Of a stretch of DNA of 64,000 nucleotides, positions 12,001 through 23,918 are shown piece after piece. A program made the translations under genes and the position numbers. The stretch spans positions 54,530,430 to 54,594,429 of the forward strand of contig NC_090399.1 in the NCBI RefSeq assembly GCF_036365525.1, in the 5' to 3' direction. The notes below the pieces were generated by a model. It was not told where the DNA came from. It made no database searches and saw nothing but the letters and a program-made list of their open reading frames with translations. Position 1 is the first letter of the stretch; every line of letters begins with the position of its first letter. The stretch comes from Heterodontus francisci (lineage: Eukaryota).

Positions 12001-15000
12001 GGGTCAGTGTCCCTGGGAGAGGGGTTGGGGGGAGGGTCAGTGTCCCGGGGAGAGGGGTTGGGGAGAGTCGGTGTCCCGGAGAAAGGGGTTGGGGAGAGGG
12101 TCAGTGTCCCGGGAGAGGGGTTGGGGAGAGGGGTTAGGGAGAGGGTTTGGGGAGAGGGTGAGTGCCCCGGGGAGTGGGGTTGGGGGGAGGGTCAGTGTCC
12201 TGGGGAGAGGGGTTGGGGAGAGGTTCAGTGTCCCGGGAAGAGGGGTTGGGGAGAGGTTCAGTGTCGCGGGGAGAGGAGTAGGGGGGAGGGTCAGTGTCCC
12301 GGGGAGAGGGTCAGTGTCCCCGGGAGAGGGTCAGTATCCAGCAGAGAGGGTCAGTGAACTGGGGAGAAGGTCAGTGTCCCGGGAAGAGGGTCAGTGTCCC
12401 GGGAAGAGGGGTTGGGGGGAGAGGGGCAGCATCCCGGGGAGAGGGGCTGGGGGGAAGGTCAGTGTCCAGGGGAGAGGGGTTGGGGAGAGGGGCAGTGTCC
12501 CGGGGAGAGGGGTTGGGGGGAGGGTCGGTGTCCCGGGGAGAAGGGTTGGGGAGAGGGTCAGTATCCCGGGGAGAGCTGTTGGGGGGAAGGTCAGTGTCCT
12601 GGTGAGAGGGGTTGGGGAGAGGTTCAGTGTCCCGGGGAGAGGGGTTGGGGGGAGGGTCAGTGTCCTGGGGAGAGGGGTTGGGGGGAAGGTCAGTGTCCAG
12701 GGGAGAGGGGTTGGGGTGATGGGTTGGGGAGAGGGGCAGTGTCCTGGGGTGAGGGGTTGGGGGGAAGGATCAGTGTCTCGGGGTGAGGGGTTGGGGAGAG
12801 GGTCAGTGTTCCCAGGGAGAGGGGTTGGGGGGAGGGTCAGTGTCCCGGGGAGAGGGGTTGGGGGGCAGGTCAGTGTCCCGGGGAGAGGGGTTGGGGAGAG
12901 GGTCAGTGTCCCGCAGAGAGGGTCAGTGTCCCGGGGAGAGGTTCAGTGTCCCGGGGAGTGGGGTCAGTGGCCCCAGGAGAGGGGTTGGGGGGAGGGTCAG
13001 TGTCCCGGGGGAGGGACAGTGTCCTGGGGAGATGGGTTGGGGGGAGGGTCAGTGTCCCGGGGAGAGCGGTTGGGGAGAGTCTGTGTCCCTGAGAGAGGGG
13101 CTGGGGGGAAAGTCTGTGTCCCGGGGAGAGGGGCTGGGGAGAGGGGTTGGAGAGAGGGTCAGTGTCCCGGGGAGAGGGTCAGTGTCCCGGGAAGAGGGTC
13201 AGTGTCCCGGGAAGAGGGTCAGTGTCCCGGGAAGAGGGGTTGGGGGAAGGGTCAGTGTCTCGGGGAGAGGGGTTGGGGAGAGGGTCAGTGTCCCGGGGAG
13301 AGGGGTTGGGGAGAGGGTCAGTGTCCCGGGGAGAGGGTTTGGGGAGAGGGTCAGTGTCCCGGTGAGAGGAGTTGGGGAGGGGGTCACTGTCCTGGGGAGA
13401 GAGTCAGTGACCCGGGGAGGGGGTCAGTGTCCTGGGGAGAGGGGTGTGGAGAGGGTCAGTGTCCTGCGGAGAGGGTCAGTGTCCCGGGGAGAGGGTCAGT
13501 GTCCCGGGGAGAGGGTCAGTGTCCTGGGGAGATGGGTTGGGGGGAGGGTCAGTGTCCCGGGGAGAGGGGTTGGGGAGAGTATGTGTCCCGGAGAGAGGAG
13601 TGTGAGTGTCCCAGGGAGTGGGGTCAGTGGCCCCAGGAGAGGGGTTGGGGGGAGGGTCAGTGTCCCGGGAAGAGGGTCAGTGTCCCGGGAAGAGGGGTTG
13701 GGGGGAGAGGGGCAGCATCCCGGGGAGAGGGGTTGGGGGGAGGGTCAGTGTCCAGGGGAGAGGGATGGGGAGAGGGGTTGGGGAGAGGGGCAGTGTCCCG
13801 GGGAGAGGGGTTGGGGGGAGGGTCAGTGTCCTGGGGAGAGGGGTTTGGGGGAAGGTCAGTGTCCAGGGGAGAGGGGTTGGGGAGAGGGGTTGGGGAGAGG
13901 GGTTGGGGAGAGGGGTTGGGGAGAGGGGCAGTGTCCCAGGGAGAGGGGTTTGGGGGAGGATCAGTGTCCCGGGGAGAATGGTTGGGGAGAGGGTCAGTAT
14001 CCCGGGGAGAAAGTTTGGGGGGAAGGATCAGTGTCCCGGGGAGAGGGGTTGGGGAGAGGGTCAGTGTTCCCAGGGCGAGGGGTTGGGGGGAGGGTCAGTG
14101 TCCCGGGGAGAGGCGTTGGGGGGCAGGTCAGTGTCCCGGGGAGAGGGGTTGGGGAGAGGGTCAGTGTCCCGGGGAGAGGGGTTGGGGAGAGTCGGTGTCC
14201 CGGAGAAAGGGGTTGGGGAGAGGGTCAGTGTCCCGGGAGAGGGGTTGGGGAGAGGGGTTAGGGAGAGGGTTTGGGGAGAGGGTTTGGGGAGAGGGTCAGT
14301 GCCCCGAGGAGTGGGGTTGGGGGGAGGGTCAGTGTCCTGGGGAGAGTGGTTGGGGAGAGGTTCAGTGTCCCGGGAAGAGGGTCAGTGTCCTGGGGAGAAG
14401 GGTTGGGGAGAGTGTCAGTATCCCGGGGAGAGGGGTTGGGGGGAGGGTCAGTGTCCCGGGGAGAAGGGATGGGGAGAGGTTCAGTGTCCCGGGGAGAGGG
14501 GTTGGGGGGAGGGTCAGTGTCCTGGGGAGAGGGGTTGGGGGGAAGGTCAGTGTCCAGCGTAGAGGGGTTGGGGAGAGGGGTTGGGGAGAGGAGCAGTGTC
14601 CTGGGGTGAGGGGTTGGGGGGAAGGATCAGTGTCTCGGGGAGAGGGGTTGGGGAGAGGGTCAGTGTTCCCAGGGCGAGGGGTTGGGGGGAGGGTCAGTGT
14701 CCCGGGGAGAGGCGTTGGGGGGCAGGTCAGTGTCCCGGGGAGAGGGGTTGGGGAGAGGGTCAGTGTCCCGGGGAGAGGGGTTGGGGAGAGTCGGTGTCCC
14801 GGAGAAAGGGGTTGGGGAGAGGGTCAGTGTCCCGGGAGAGGGGTTGGGGAGAGGGGTTAGGGAGAGGGTTTGGGGAGAGGGTTTGGGGAGAGGGTCAGTG
14901 CCCCGAGGAGTGGGGTTGGGGGGAGGGTCAGTGTCCTGGGGAGAGTGGTTGGGGAGAGGTTCAGTGTCCCGGAAGAGGGTCAGTGTCCTGGGGAGAAGGG

Positions 15001-18000
15001 TTGGGGAGAGTGTCAGTATCCCGGGGAGAGGGGTTGGGGGGAGGGTCAGTGTCCCGGGGAGAAGGGATGGGGAGAGGTTCAGTGTCCCGGGGAGAGGGGT
15101 TGGGGGGGAGGGTCAGTGTCCTGGGGAGAGGGGTTGGGGGGAAGGTCAGTGTCCAGCGTAGAGGGGTTGGGGAGAGGGGTTGGGGAGAGGAGCAGTGTCC
15201 TGGGGTGAGGGGTTGGGGGGAAGGATCAGTGTCTCGGGGAGAGGGGTTGGGGAGAGGGTCAGTGTTCCCAGGGAGACGGGTTGGGGGGAGGGTCAGTGGC
15301 CCGGGGAGAGGGGTTGGGGGGCAGGTCAGTGTCCCGGGGAGAGGGGTTTGGGGGAGGGTCAGTGTCCTGGGGAGAAGGGTTGGGGAGAGTGTCAGTATCC
15401 CGGGGAGAGGGGTTGGGGGGAGGGTCAGTGTCCTGGGGTGAGGGGTTGGGGGGAAGGATCAGTGTCTCGGGGAGAGGGGTTGGGGAGAGGGTCAGTGTTC
15501 CCAAGGAGAGGGGTTGGGGGGCAGGTCAGTGTCCCGGGGAGAGGGGTTGGGGAGAGGGTCAGTGTCCCGGGGAGAGGGGTTGGGGGGCAGGTCAGTGTCC
15601 CGGGGAGAGGGGTTGGGGGGCAGGTCAGTGTCCCGGGGAGAGGGGTTGGGGAGAGGGTCAGTGTCCCGGGGAGAGGGGTTGGGGGGCAGGTCAGTGTCCC
15701 GGGGAGAGGGGTTGGGGGGCAGGTCAGTGTCCCGGGGAGAGGGGTTGGGGAGAGGGTCAGTGTCCCTGGGAGAGGGGTTGGGGAGAGTCGGTGTCCCGGA
15801 GAAAGGGGTTGGGGAGAGGGTCAGTGTCCCGGGAGAGGGGTTGGGGAGAGGGGTTAGGGAGAGGGTTTGGGGAGAGGGTCAGTGCCCCGGGGAGTGGGGT
15901 TGGGGGGAGGGTCAGTGTCCTGGGGAGAGGGTCAGTGTCCCGGTGAGAGAGGTTGGGGGAAGGGTCAGTGTGCCGGGGAGAGGGTTTGGGGAGATGGTCA
16001 GTGTCCCGGGATAGGGGTTGGGGAGAGGGTCAGTATCCCGGGAGAGGGGTTGGGGGGAGGGTCAGTGTCCCTGGGAGAGGGGTCGGGGGAAGGTTCAGTG
16101 TCCCGGGGAGAGGGTCAGTGTCCCGGGGAGATGGGTTGGCGAGAGGGATTGGGGAGAGGGTCAGTGTCCCGGGGAGAGGGGTTGGGGGGGTGGGTCAGTG
16201 TCCCGGGGAGAGGGGTTGGGGAGAGGGTCAGCGTCCCGGGGACAGGGGTTGGGGAGAGTCTGGGTCCCGGAGAGAGGGGTTTGGGGGAGGGTCAGTGTCC
16301 TGGGGAGAAGGGTTGGGGAGAGTGTCAGTGTCCCGGGGGGAGGGGTTGGGGGGAGGGTCAGTGTCCTGGGGTGAGGGGTTGGGGGGAAGGATCAGTGTCC
16401 CGGGGAGAGGGGTTGGGGGGCAGGTCAGTATCCCGGGGAGAGGGGTTGGGGAGAGAGTCAGTGTCCCGGGGAGAGGGGTTGGGGAGAGGGTCAGTGTCCT
16501 GGGGAGAGGGGTTGGGGAGAGGGGTTAGGGAGAGGGTTTTGTGAGAGGGTTTGGGGAGAGGGTCAGTGCCCCGGGGAGTGGGGTTCGGGGGAGGGTCAGT
16601 GTCCTGGGGAGAGGGGTTGGGGAGAGGGTCAGTGTGCCGGGGAGAGGGGTTGGGGAGAGGGTCAGTGTGCCGGGGAGAGGGGCTGGGGAGATGGTCAGTG
16701 TCCCGGGGAGAGGGGTTGGGGGCAGGTCAGTGTCCCGGGGAGAGGGGTAGGGGAGAGGGTCAGTGTCCCGCAGAGAGGGTCAGTGTCCCGGGGAGTGGGG
16801 TCAGTGGCCCCAGGAGAGGGGTTGGGGGGAGGGTCAGTGTCCCGGGGAGAGCGGTTGGGGAGAGTCTGTGTCCCTGAGAGAGGGGCTGGGGGGAAAGTCT
16901 GTGTCCCGGGGAGAGGGGCTGGGGAGAGGGGTTGGAGAGAGGGTCAGTGTCCCGGGGAGAGGGTCAGTGTCCCAGGGAGAGGGGTTGGGGGAAGGGTCAG
17001 TGTCTCGTGGAGAGGAGTTGGGGAGGGGGTCACTGTCCTGGGGAGAGGGTCAGTGACCCAGGGAGAGGGGCTGGGGGGAAAGTCTGTGTCCCGGGGAGAG
17101 GGGATGGGGAGAGGGGTTGGAGAGAGGGTCAGTGTCCCGGGGAGAGGGTCAGTGTCCCAGGGAGAGGGGTTGGGGGAAGGGTCAGTGTCTCGGGGAGAGG
17201 GGTTGGGGAGAGTATGTGTCCCGGAGAGAGGAGTGTGAGTGTCCCAGGGAGTGGGGTCAGTGGCCCCAGGAGAGGGGTTGGGGGGAGGGTCAGTGTCCCG
17301 GGAAGAGGGTCAGTGTCCCGGGAAGAGGGGTTGGGGGGAGAGGGGCAGCATCCCGGGGAGAGGGGTTGGGGGGAGGGTCAGTGTCCAGGGGAGAGGGATG
17401 GGGAGAGGGGTTGGGGAGAGGGGCAGTGTCCCGGGGAGAGGGGTTGGGGGGAGGGTCAGTGTCCTGGGGAGAGGGGTTTGGGGGAAGGTCAGTGTCCAGG
17501 GGAGAGGGGTTGGGGAGAGGGGTTGGGGAGAGGGGTTGGGGAGAGGGGTTGGGGAGAGGGGTTGGGGAGAGGGGCAGTGTCCCAGGGAGAGGGGTTTGGG
17601 GGAGGATCAGTGTCCCGGGGAGAATGGTTGGGGAGAGGGTCAGTATCCCGGGGAGAAAGTTTGGGGGGAAGGATCAGTGTCTCGGGGAGAGGGGTTGGGG
17701 AGAGGGTCAGTGTTCCCAGGGCGAGGGGTTGGGGGGAGGGTCAGTGTCCCGGGGAGAGGCGTTGGGGGGCAGGTCAGTGTCCCGGGGAGAGGGGTTGGGG
17801 AGAGGGTCAGTGTCCCGGGGAGAGGGGTTGGGGAGAGTCGGTGTCCCGGAGAAAGGGGTTGGGGAGAGGGTCAGTGTCCCGGGAGAGGGGTTGGGGAGAG
17901 GGGTTAGGGAGAGGGTTTGGGGAGAGGGTTTGGGGAGAGGGTCAGTGCCCCGAGGAGTGGGGTTGGGGGGAGGGTCAGTGTCCTGGGGAGAGGGGTTGGG

Positions 18001-21000
18001 GAGAGGTTCAGTGTCCCGGGAAGAGGGTCAGTGTCCTGGGGAGAAGGGTTGGGGAGAGTGTCAGTATCCCGGGGAGAGGGGTTGTGGGGAGGGTCAGTGT
18101 CCCGGGGAGAAGGGATGGGGAGAGGGTCAGTATCCCGGGGAGAGCTGTTGGGGGGAGGGTCAGTGTCCCGGTGAGCGGGGTTGGGGAGAGGTTCAGTGTC
18201 CCGGGGAGAGGGGTTGGGGGGAGGGTCAGTGTCCTGGGGAGAGGGGTTGGGGGGAAGGTCAGTGTCCAGCGTAGAGGGGTTGGGGAGAGGGGTTGGGGAG
18301 AGGAGCAGTGTCCTGGGGTGAGGGGTTGGGGGGAAGGATCAGTGTCTCGGGGAGAGGGGTTGGGGAGAGGGTCAGTGTTCCCAGGGAGACGGGTTGGGGG
18401 GAGGGTCAGTGTCCCGGGGAGAGGGGTTGGGGGGCAGGTCAGTGTCCCGGGGAGAGGGGTTTGGGGGAGGGTCAGTGTCCTGGGGAGAAGGGTTGGGGAG
18501 AGTGTCAGTATCCCGGGGAGAGGGGTTGGGGGGAGGGTCAGTGTCCTGGGGTGAGGGGTTGGGGGGAAGGATCAGTGTCTCGGGGAGAGGGGTTGGGGAG
18601 AGGGTCAGTGTTCCCAAGGAGAGGGGTTGGGGGGCAGGTCAGTGTCCCGGGGAGAGGGGTTGGGGAGAGGGTCAGTGTCCCGGGGAGAGGGGTTGGGGGG
18701 CAGGTCAGTGTCCCGGGGAGAGGGGTTGGGGGGCAGGTCAGTGTCCCGGGGAGAGGGGTTGGGGAGAGGGTCAGTGTCCCGGGGAGAGGGGTTGGGGGGC
18801 AGGTCAGTGTCCCGGGGAAAGGGGTTGGGGGGCAGGTCAGTGTCCCGGGGAGAGGGGTTGGGGAGAGGGTCAGTGTCCCTGGGAGAGGGGTTGGGGAGAG
18901 TCGGTGTCCCGGAGAAAGGGGTTGGGGAGAGGGTCAGTGTCCCGGGAGAGGGGTTGGGGAGAGGGGTTAGGGAGAGGGTTTGGGGAGAGGGTCAGTGCCC
19001 CGGGGAGTGGGGTTGGGGGGAGGGTCAGTGTCCTGGGGAGAGGGTCAGTGTCCCGGTGAGAGAGGTTGGGGGAAGGGTCAGTGTGCCGGGGAGAGGGTTT
19101 GGGGAGATGGTCAGTGTCCCGGGATAGGGGTTGGGGAGAGGGTCAGTATCCCGGGAGAGGGGTTGGGGGGAGGGTCAGTGTCCCTGGGAGAGGGGTCGGG
19201 GGAAGGTTCAGTGTCCCGGGGAGAGGGTCAGTGTCCCGGGGAGATGGGTTGGCGAGAGGGATTGGGGAGAGGGTCAGTGTCCCGGGGAGAGGGGTTGGGG
19301 GGGTGGGTCAGTGTCCCGGGGAGAGGGGTTGGGGAGAGGGTCAGCGTCCCGGGGACAGGGGTTGGGGAGAGTCTGGGTCCCGGAGAGAGGGGTTTGGGGG
19401 AGGGTCAGTGTCCTGGGGAGAAGGGTTGGGGAGAGTGTCAGTGTCCCGGGGGGAGGGGTTGGGGGGAGGGTCAGTGTCCTGGGGTGAGGGGTTGGGGGGA
19501 AGGATCAGTGTCCCGGGGAGAGGGGTTGGGGGGCAGGTCAGTATCCCGGGGAGAGGGGTTGGGGAGAGGGTCAGTGTCCCGGGGAGAGGGGTTGGGGAGA
19601 GGGTCAGTGTCCTGGGGAGAGGGGTTGGGGAGAGGGGTTAGGGAGAGGGTTTGGGGAGAGGGTTTTGTGAGAGGGTTTGGGGAGAGGGTCAGTGCCCCGG
19701 GGAGTGGGGTTCGGGGGAGGGTCAGTGTCCTGGGGAGAGGGGTTGGGGAGAGGGTCAGTGTGCCGGGGAGAGGGGTTGGGGAGAGGGTCAGTGTGCCGGG
19801 GAGAGGGGCTGGGGAGATGGTCAGTGTCCCGGGGAGAGGGGTTGGGGGCAGGTCAGTGTCCCGGGGAGAGGGGTAGGGGAGAGGGTCAGTGTCCCGCAGA
19901 GAGGGTCAGTGTCCCGGGGAGTGGGGTCAGTGGCCCCAGGAGAGGGGTTGGGGGGAGGGTCAGTGTCCCGGGGAGAGCGGTTGGGGAGAGTCTGTGTCCC
20001 TGAGAGAGGGGCTGGGGGGAAAGTCTGTGTCCCGGGGAGAGGGGCTGGGGAGAGGGGTTGGAGAGAGGGTCAGTGTCCCGGGGAGAGGGTCAGTGTCCCA
20101 GGGAGAGGGGTTGGGGGAAGGGTCAGTGTCTCGTGGAGAGGAGTTGGGGAGGGGGTCACTGTCCTGGGGAGAGGGTCAGTGACCCAGGGAGAGGGGCTGG
20201 GGGGAAAGTCTGTGTCCCGGGGAGAGGGGATGGGGAGAGGGGTTGGAGAGAGGGTCAGTGTCCCGGGGAGAGGGTCAGTGTCCCAGGGAGAGGGGTTGGG
20301 GGAAGGGTCAGTGTCTCGGGGAGAGGGGTTGGGGAGAGGGTCAGTGTCCCGGGGAGAGGGTTTGGGGAGAGGGTCAGTGTCCCGGGGAGAGGGGTTGGGG
20401 AGAGGGTCAGTGTCCCGGGGAGAGGAGTTGGGGAGGGGGTCACTGTCCTGGGGAGAGAGTCAGTGACCCGGGGAGGGGGTCAGTGTCCTGGGGAGAGGGG
20501 TGGGGAGAGGGTCAGTGTCCCGGGGAGAGGGTCAGTGTCCCGGGAAGAGGGTCAGTGTCCTGGGGAGATGGGTTGCGGGGAGGGTCAGTGTCCCGGGGAG
20601 AGGGGTTGGGGAGAGTATGTGTCCCGGAGAGAGGAGTGTGAGTGTCCCAGGGAGTGGGGTCAGTGGCCCCAGGAGAGGGGTTGGGGGGAGGGTCAGTGTC
20701 CCGGGAACAGGGTCAGTGTCCCAGGAAGAGGGGTTGGGGGGAGAGGGGCAGCATCCCGGGGAGAGGGGTTGGGGGGAGGGTCAGTGTCCAGGGGAGAGGG
20801 ATGGGGAGAGGGGTTGGGGAGAGGGGCAGTGTCCCGGGGAGAGGGGTTGGGGGGAGGGTCAGTGTCCTGGGGAGAGGGGTTGGGGGGAAGGTCAGTGTCC
20901 AGGGGAGAGGGGTTGGGGAGAGGGGTTGGGGAGAGGGGCAGTGTCCCAGGGAGAGGGGTTTGGGGGAGGATCAGTGTCCCGGGGAGATGGGTTGGGGAGA

Positions 21001-23379
21001 GGGTCAGTATCCCGGGGAGAAGGGTTGGGGGGAAGGGTCAGTGTCTCGGGGAGAGGGGTTGGGGAGAGGGTCAGTGTCCTGGGGTGAGGGGTTGGGGGGA
21101 AGGATCAGTGTCCCGGGGAGAGGGGTTGGGGGGCAGGTCAGTATCCCGGGGAGAGGGGTTGGGGAGAGGGTCAGTGTCCCGGGGAGAGGGGTTGGGGTGA
21201 GGGTCAGTGTCCTGGGGAGAGGGGTTGGGGAGAGGGGTTAGGGAGAGGGTTTGGGGAGAGGGTTTTGTGAGAGGGTTTGGGGAGAGGGTCAGTGCCCCGG
21301 GGAGTGGGGTTCGGGGGAGGGTCAGTGTCCTGGGGAGAGGGGTTGGGGAGAGGGTCAGTGTGCCGGGGAGAGGGGTTGGGGAGAGGGTCAGTGTGCCGGG
21401 GAGAGGGGCTGGGGAGATGGTCAGTGTCCCGGGGAGAGGGGTTGGGGGCAGGTCAGTGTCCCGGGGAGAGGGGTAGGGGAGAGGGTCAGTGTCCCGCAGA
21501 GAGGGTCAGTGTCCCGGGGAGTGGGGTCAGTGGCCCCAGGAGAGGGGTTGGGGGGAGGGTCAGTGTCCCGGGGAGAGCGGTTGGGGAGAGTCTGTGTCCC
21601 TGAGAGAGGGGCTGGGGGGAAAGTCTGTGTCCCGGGGAGAGGGGCTGGGGAGAGGGGTTGGAGAGAGGGTCAGTGTCCCGGGGAGAGGGTCAGTGTCCCA
21701 GGGAGAGGGGTTGGGGGAAGGGTCAGTGTCTCGTGGAGAGGAGTTGGGGAGGGGGTCACTGTCCTGGGGAGAGGGTCTGTGTCCCGGGGAGAGGGGATGG
21801 GGAGAGGGGTTGGAGAGAGGGTCAGTGTCCCGGGGAGAGGGTCAGTGTCCCAGGGAGAGGGGTTGGGGGAAGGGTCAGTGTCTCGGGGAGAGGGGTTGGG
21901 GAGAGGGTCAGTGTCCCGGGGAGAGGGTTTGGGGAGAGGGTCAGTGTCCCGGGGAGAGGGGTTGGGGAGAGGGTCAGTGTCCCGGGGAGAGGAGTTGGGG
22001 AGGGGGTCACTGTCCTGGGGAGAGAGTCAGTGACCCGGGGAGGGGGTCAGTGTCCTGGGGAGAGGGGTGGGGAGAGGGTCAGTGTCCCGGGGAGAGGGTC
22101 AGTGTCCCGGGAAGAGGGTCAGTGTCCTGGGGAGATGGGTTGCGGGGAGGGTCAGTGTCCCGGGGAGAGGGGTTGGGGAGAGTATGTGTCCCGGAGAGAG
22201 GAGTGTGAGTGTCCCAGGGAGTGGGGTCAGTGGCCCCAGGAGAGGGGTTGGGGGGAGGGTCAGTGTCCCGGGAACAGGGTCAGTGTCCCAGGAGGAGGGG
22301 TTGGGGGGAGAGGGGCAGCATCCCGGGGAGAGGGGTTGGGGGGAGGGTCAGTGTCCAGGGGAGAGGGATGGGGAGAGGGGTTGGGGAGAGGGGCAGTGTC
22401 CCGGGGAGAGGGGTTGGGGGGAGGGTCAGTGTCCTGGGGAGAGGGGTTGGGGGGAAGGTCAGTGTCCAGGGGAGAGGGGTTGGGGAGAGGGGTTGGGGAG
22501 AGGGGCAGTGTCCCAGGGAGAGGGGTTTGGGGGAGGATCAGTGTCCCGGGGAGATGGGTTGGGGAGAGGGTCAGTATCCCGGGGAGAAGGGTTGGGGGGA
22601 AGGGTCAGTGTCTCGGGAGAGGGGTTGGGGAGAGGGTCAGTGTTCCCAGGGAGAGGGGTTGGGGGGAGGGTCAGTGTCCCGGGGAGAGAGGGTTGGGGGG
22701 ACGGTCAGTGTCCCGGGGAGAGGGGTTGGGGGGCAGGTCAGTGTCCCGGGGAGAGGGGTTGGGGAGAGGGTCAGTGTCCCGGGGAGAGGGGTTGGGGAGA
22801 GTCGGTGTCCCGGGGAGAGGGGTTGGGGAGAGGGTCAGTGTCCCGGGAGAGGGGTTGGGGAGAGGGGTTAGGGAGAGGGTTTGGGGAGAGGGTTTGGGGA
22901 GAGGGTCAGTGCCCCGGGGAGTGGGGTTGGGGGGAGGGTCAGTGTCCTGGGGAGAGGGGTTGGGGAGAGGTTCAGTGTCCCAGGAAGAGGGTCAGTATCC
23001 CGGGGAGAGGGGTTGGGAGAGGGTCAGTGTCCCGGGGAGATTGGTTGGGGAGAGGTTCAGTGTCGCGGGGAGAGGTGTAGGGGGGAGGGTCAGTGTCCCG
23101 GGGAGAGGGTCAGTGTCCCGGGGAGAGGGTCAGTATCCAGCAGAGAGGGTCAGTGTCCTGGGGAGAAGGTCAGTGTCCCAGGAAGAGGGTCAGTGTCCCG
23201 GGAAGAGGGGTTGGGGGGAGAGGGGCAGCATCCCGGGGAGAGGGGTTGGGGGGAGGGTCAGTGTCCAGGGGAGAGGGGTAGGGGAGAGGGGTTGGGGAGA
23301 GGGGCAGTGTGCCGGGGAGAGGGGCTGGGGAGATGGTCAGTGTCCCGGGGAGAGGGGTTGGGGAGAGGGTCAGTATCCC
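1..23379 (+). repeat. Giant G-rich minisatellite array 1, built from a 20-bp module GGGGAGAGGGTCAGTGTCCC and a 13-bp module GGGGAGAGGGGTT (usual 33-bp unit), with higher-order duplications; open at the window's left edge
   Basis: Read directly over more than 23 kb. Extreme G skew on +. Rare marker variants recur at kb-scale periods. Confidence 0.98.
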
Positions 23380-23475
23380 GGGACACTGACCCTCTCCCCA
23401 ACCCCTCTCCCCGGGACACTGACCCTCTCCCCAACCCCTCTCCCCAGGACACTGACCCTCCCCCCAACCCTCTCC
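23380..23475 (-). repeat. About 3 inverted units of array 1 forming a fold-back end
   Basis: GGGACACTGACCCTCTCCCCAACCCCTCTCCCC is the reverse complement of the unit. Symmetry centre is TCCC|GGGA at 23379/23380. Confidence 0.95.
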
Positions 23476-23679
23476 TCCTTATTCCCCCCTCCCTATTCTC
23501 CCCCTCCCCATTCTCCCCCTCCCCCCATTCCCTCCCCTTGACTTCTTCCTATTCTCCCCACCCTGCGGCCGGCTCTGGTTTCTCCCTATTTCACCTCGTC
23601 CCACCCCCTGCCCATGTATTTGACAGTGGGGTTTCGTGTAATCTCTGAGGATCTGGATCTGATTAACTGTGTGTATTTC

Positions 23680-23918
23680 ACTGAGAGGTGACATACGGCT
23701 GTGATCTGTGGGATGATGGGGGAAACTAGTGGATACTTCCAATATGGCTGGGATAGGAAGGATTTCATGACCTTCGACAAGGAGAACCTGGTGTGGATCA
23801 CCCCCGAACCCTGGGGAGTAATCTTGACGAATAAGGAAATGAACCTGTACCTATGGAAAGAAGACTGGGATGGAACCTGCATCGAGCTGCTGAAAAAATA
23901 CCTGAAGGCTGAGACCTG
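23680..23918 (+). pseudogene. MHC class I-like heavy chain, alpha2 exon (disrupted)
   Basis: VTYGCDLWDDG (23688-23720), then a +1 shift in a G5 run into ETSGYFQYGWDRKDFMTFDKENLVWITPEPWGVILTNK..WKEDWDGTCIELLKKYLK. Both alpha2 cysteines are present. Ends AGACCTG|GTGAGT (R-P plus phase-1 donor, out of frame with the body). No clean acceptor is visible. Confidence 0.9.

Noticed and set aside
13-23648. Many overlapping Gly/Arg-rich ORFs up to 1000 aa
   Set aside because: The repeat unit lacks stop codons, so all three frames stay open. There is no frame preference and 13-bp/20-bp indels are tolerated.
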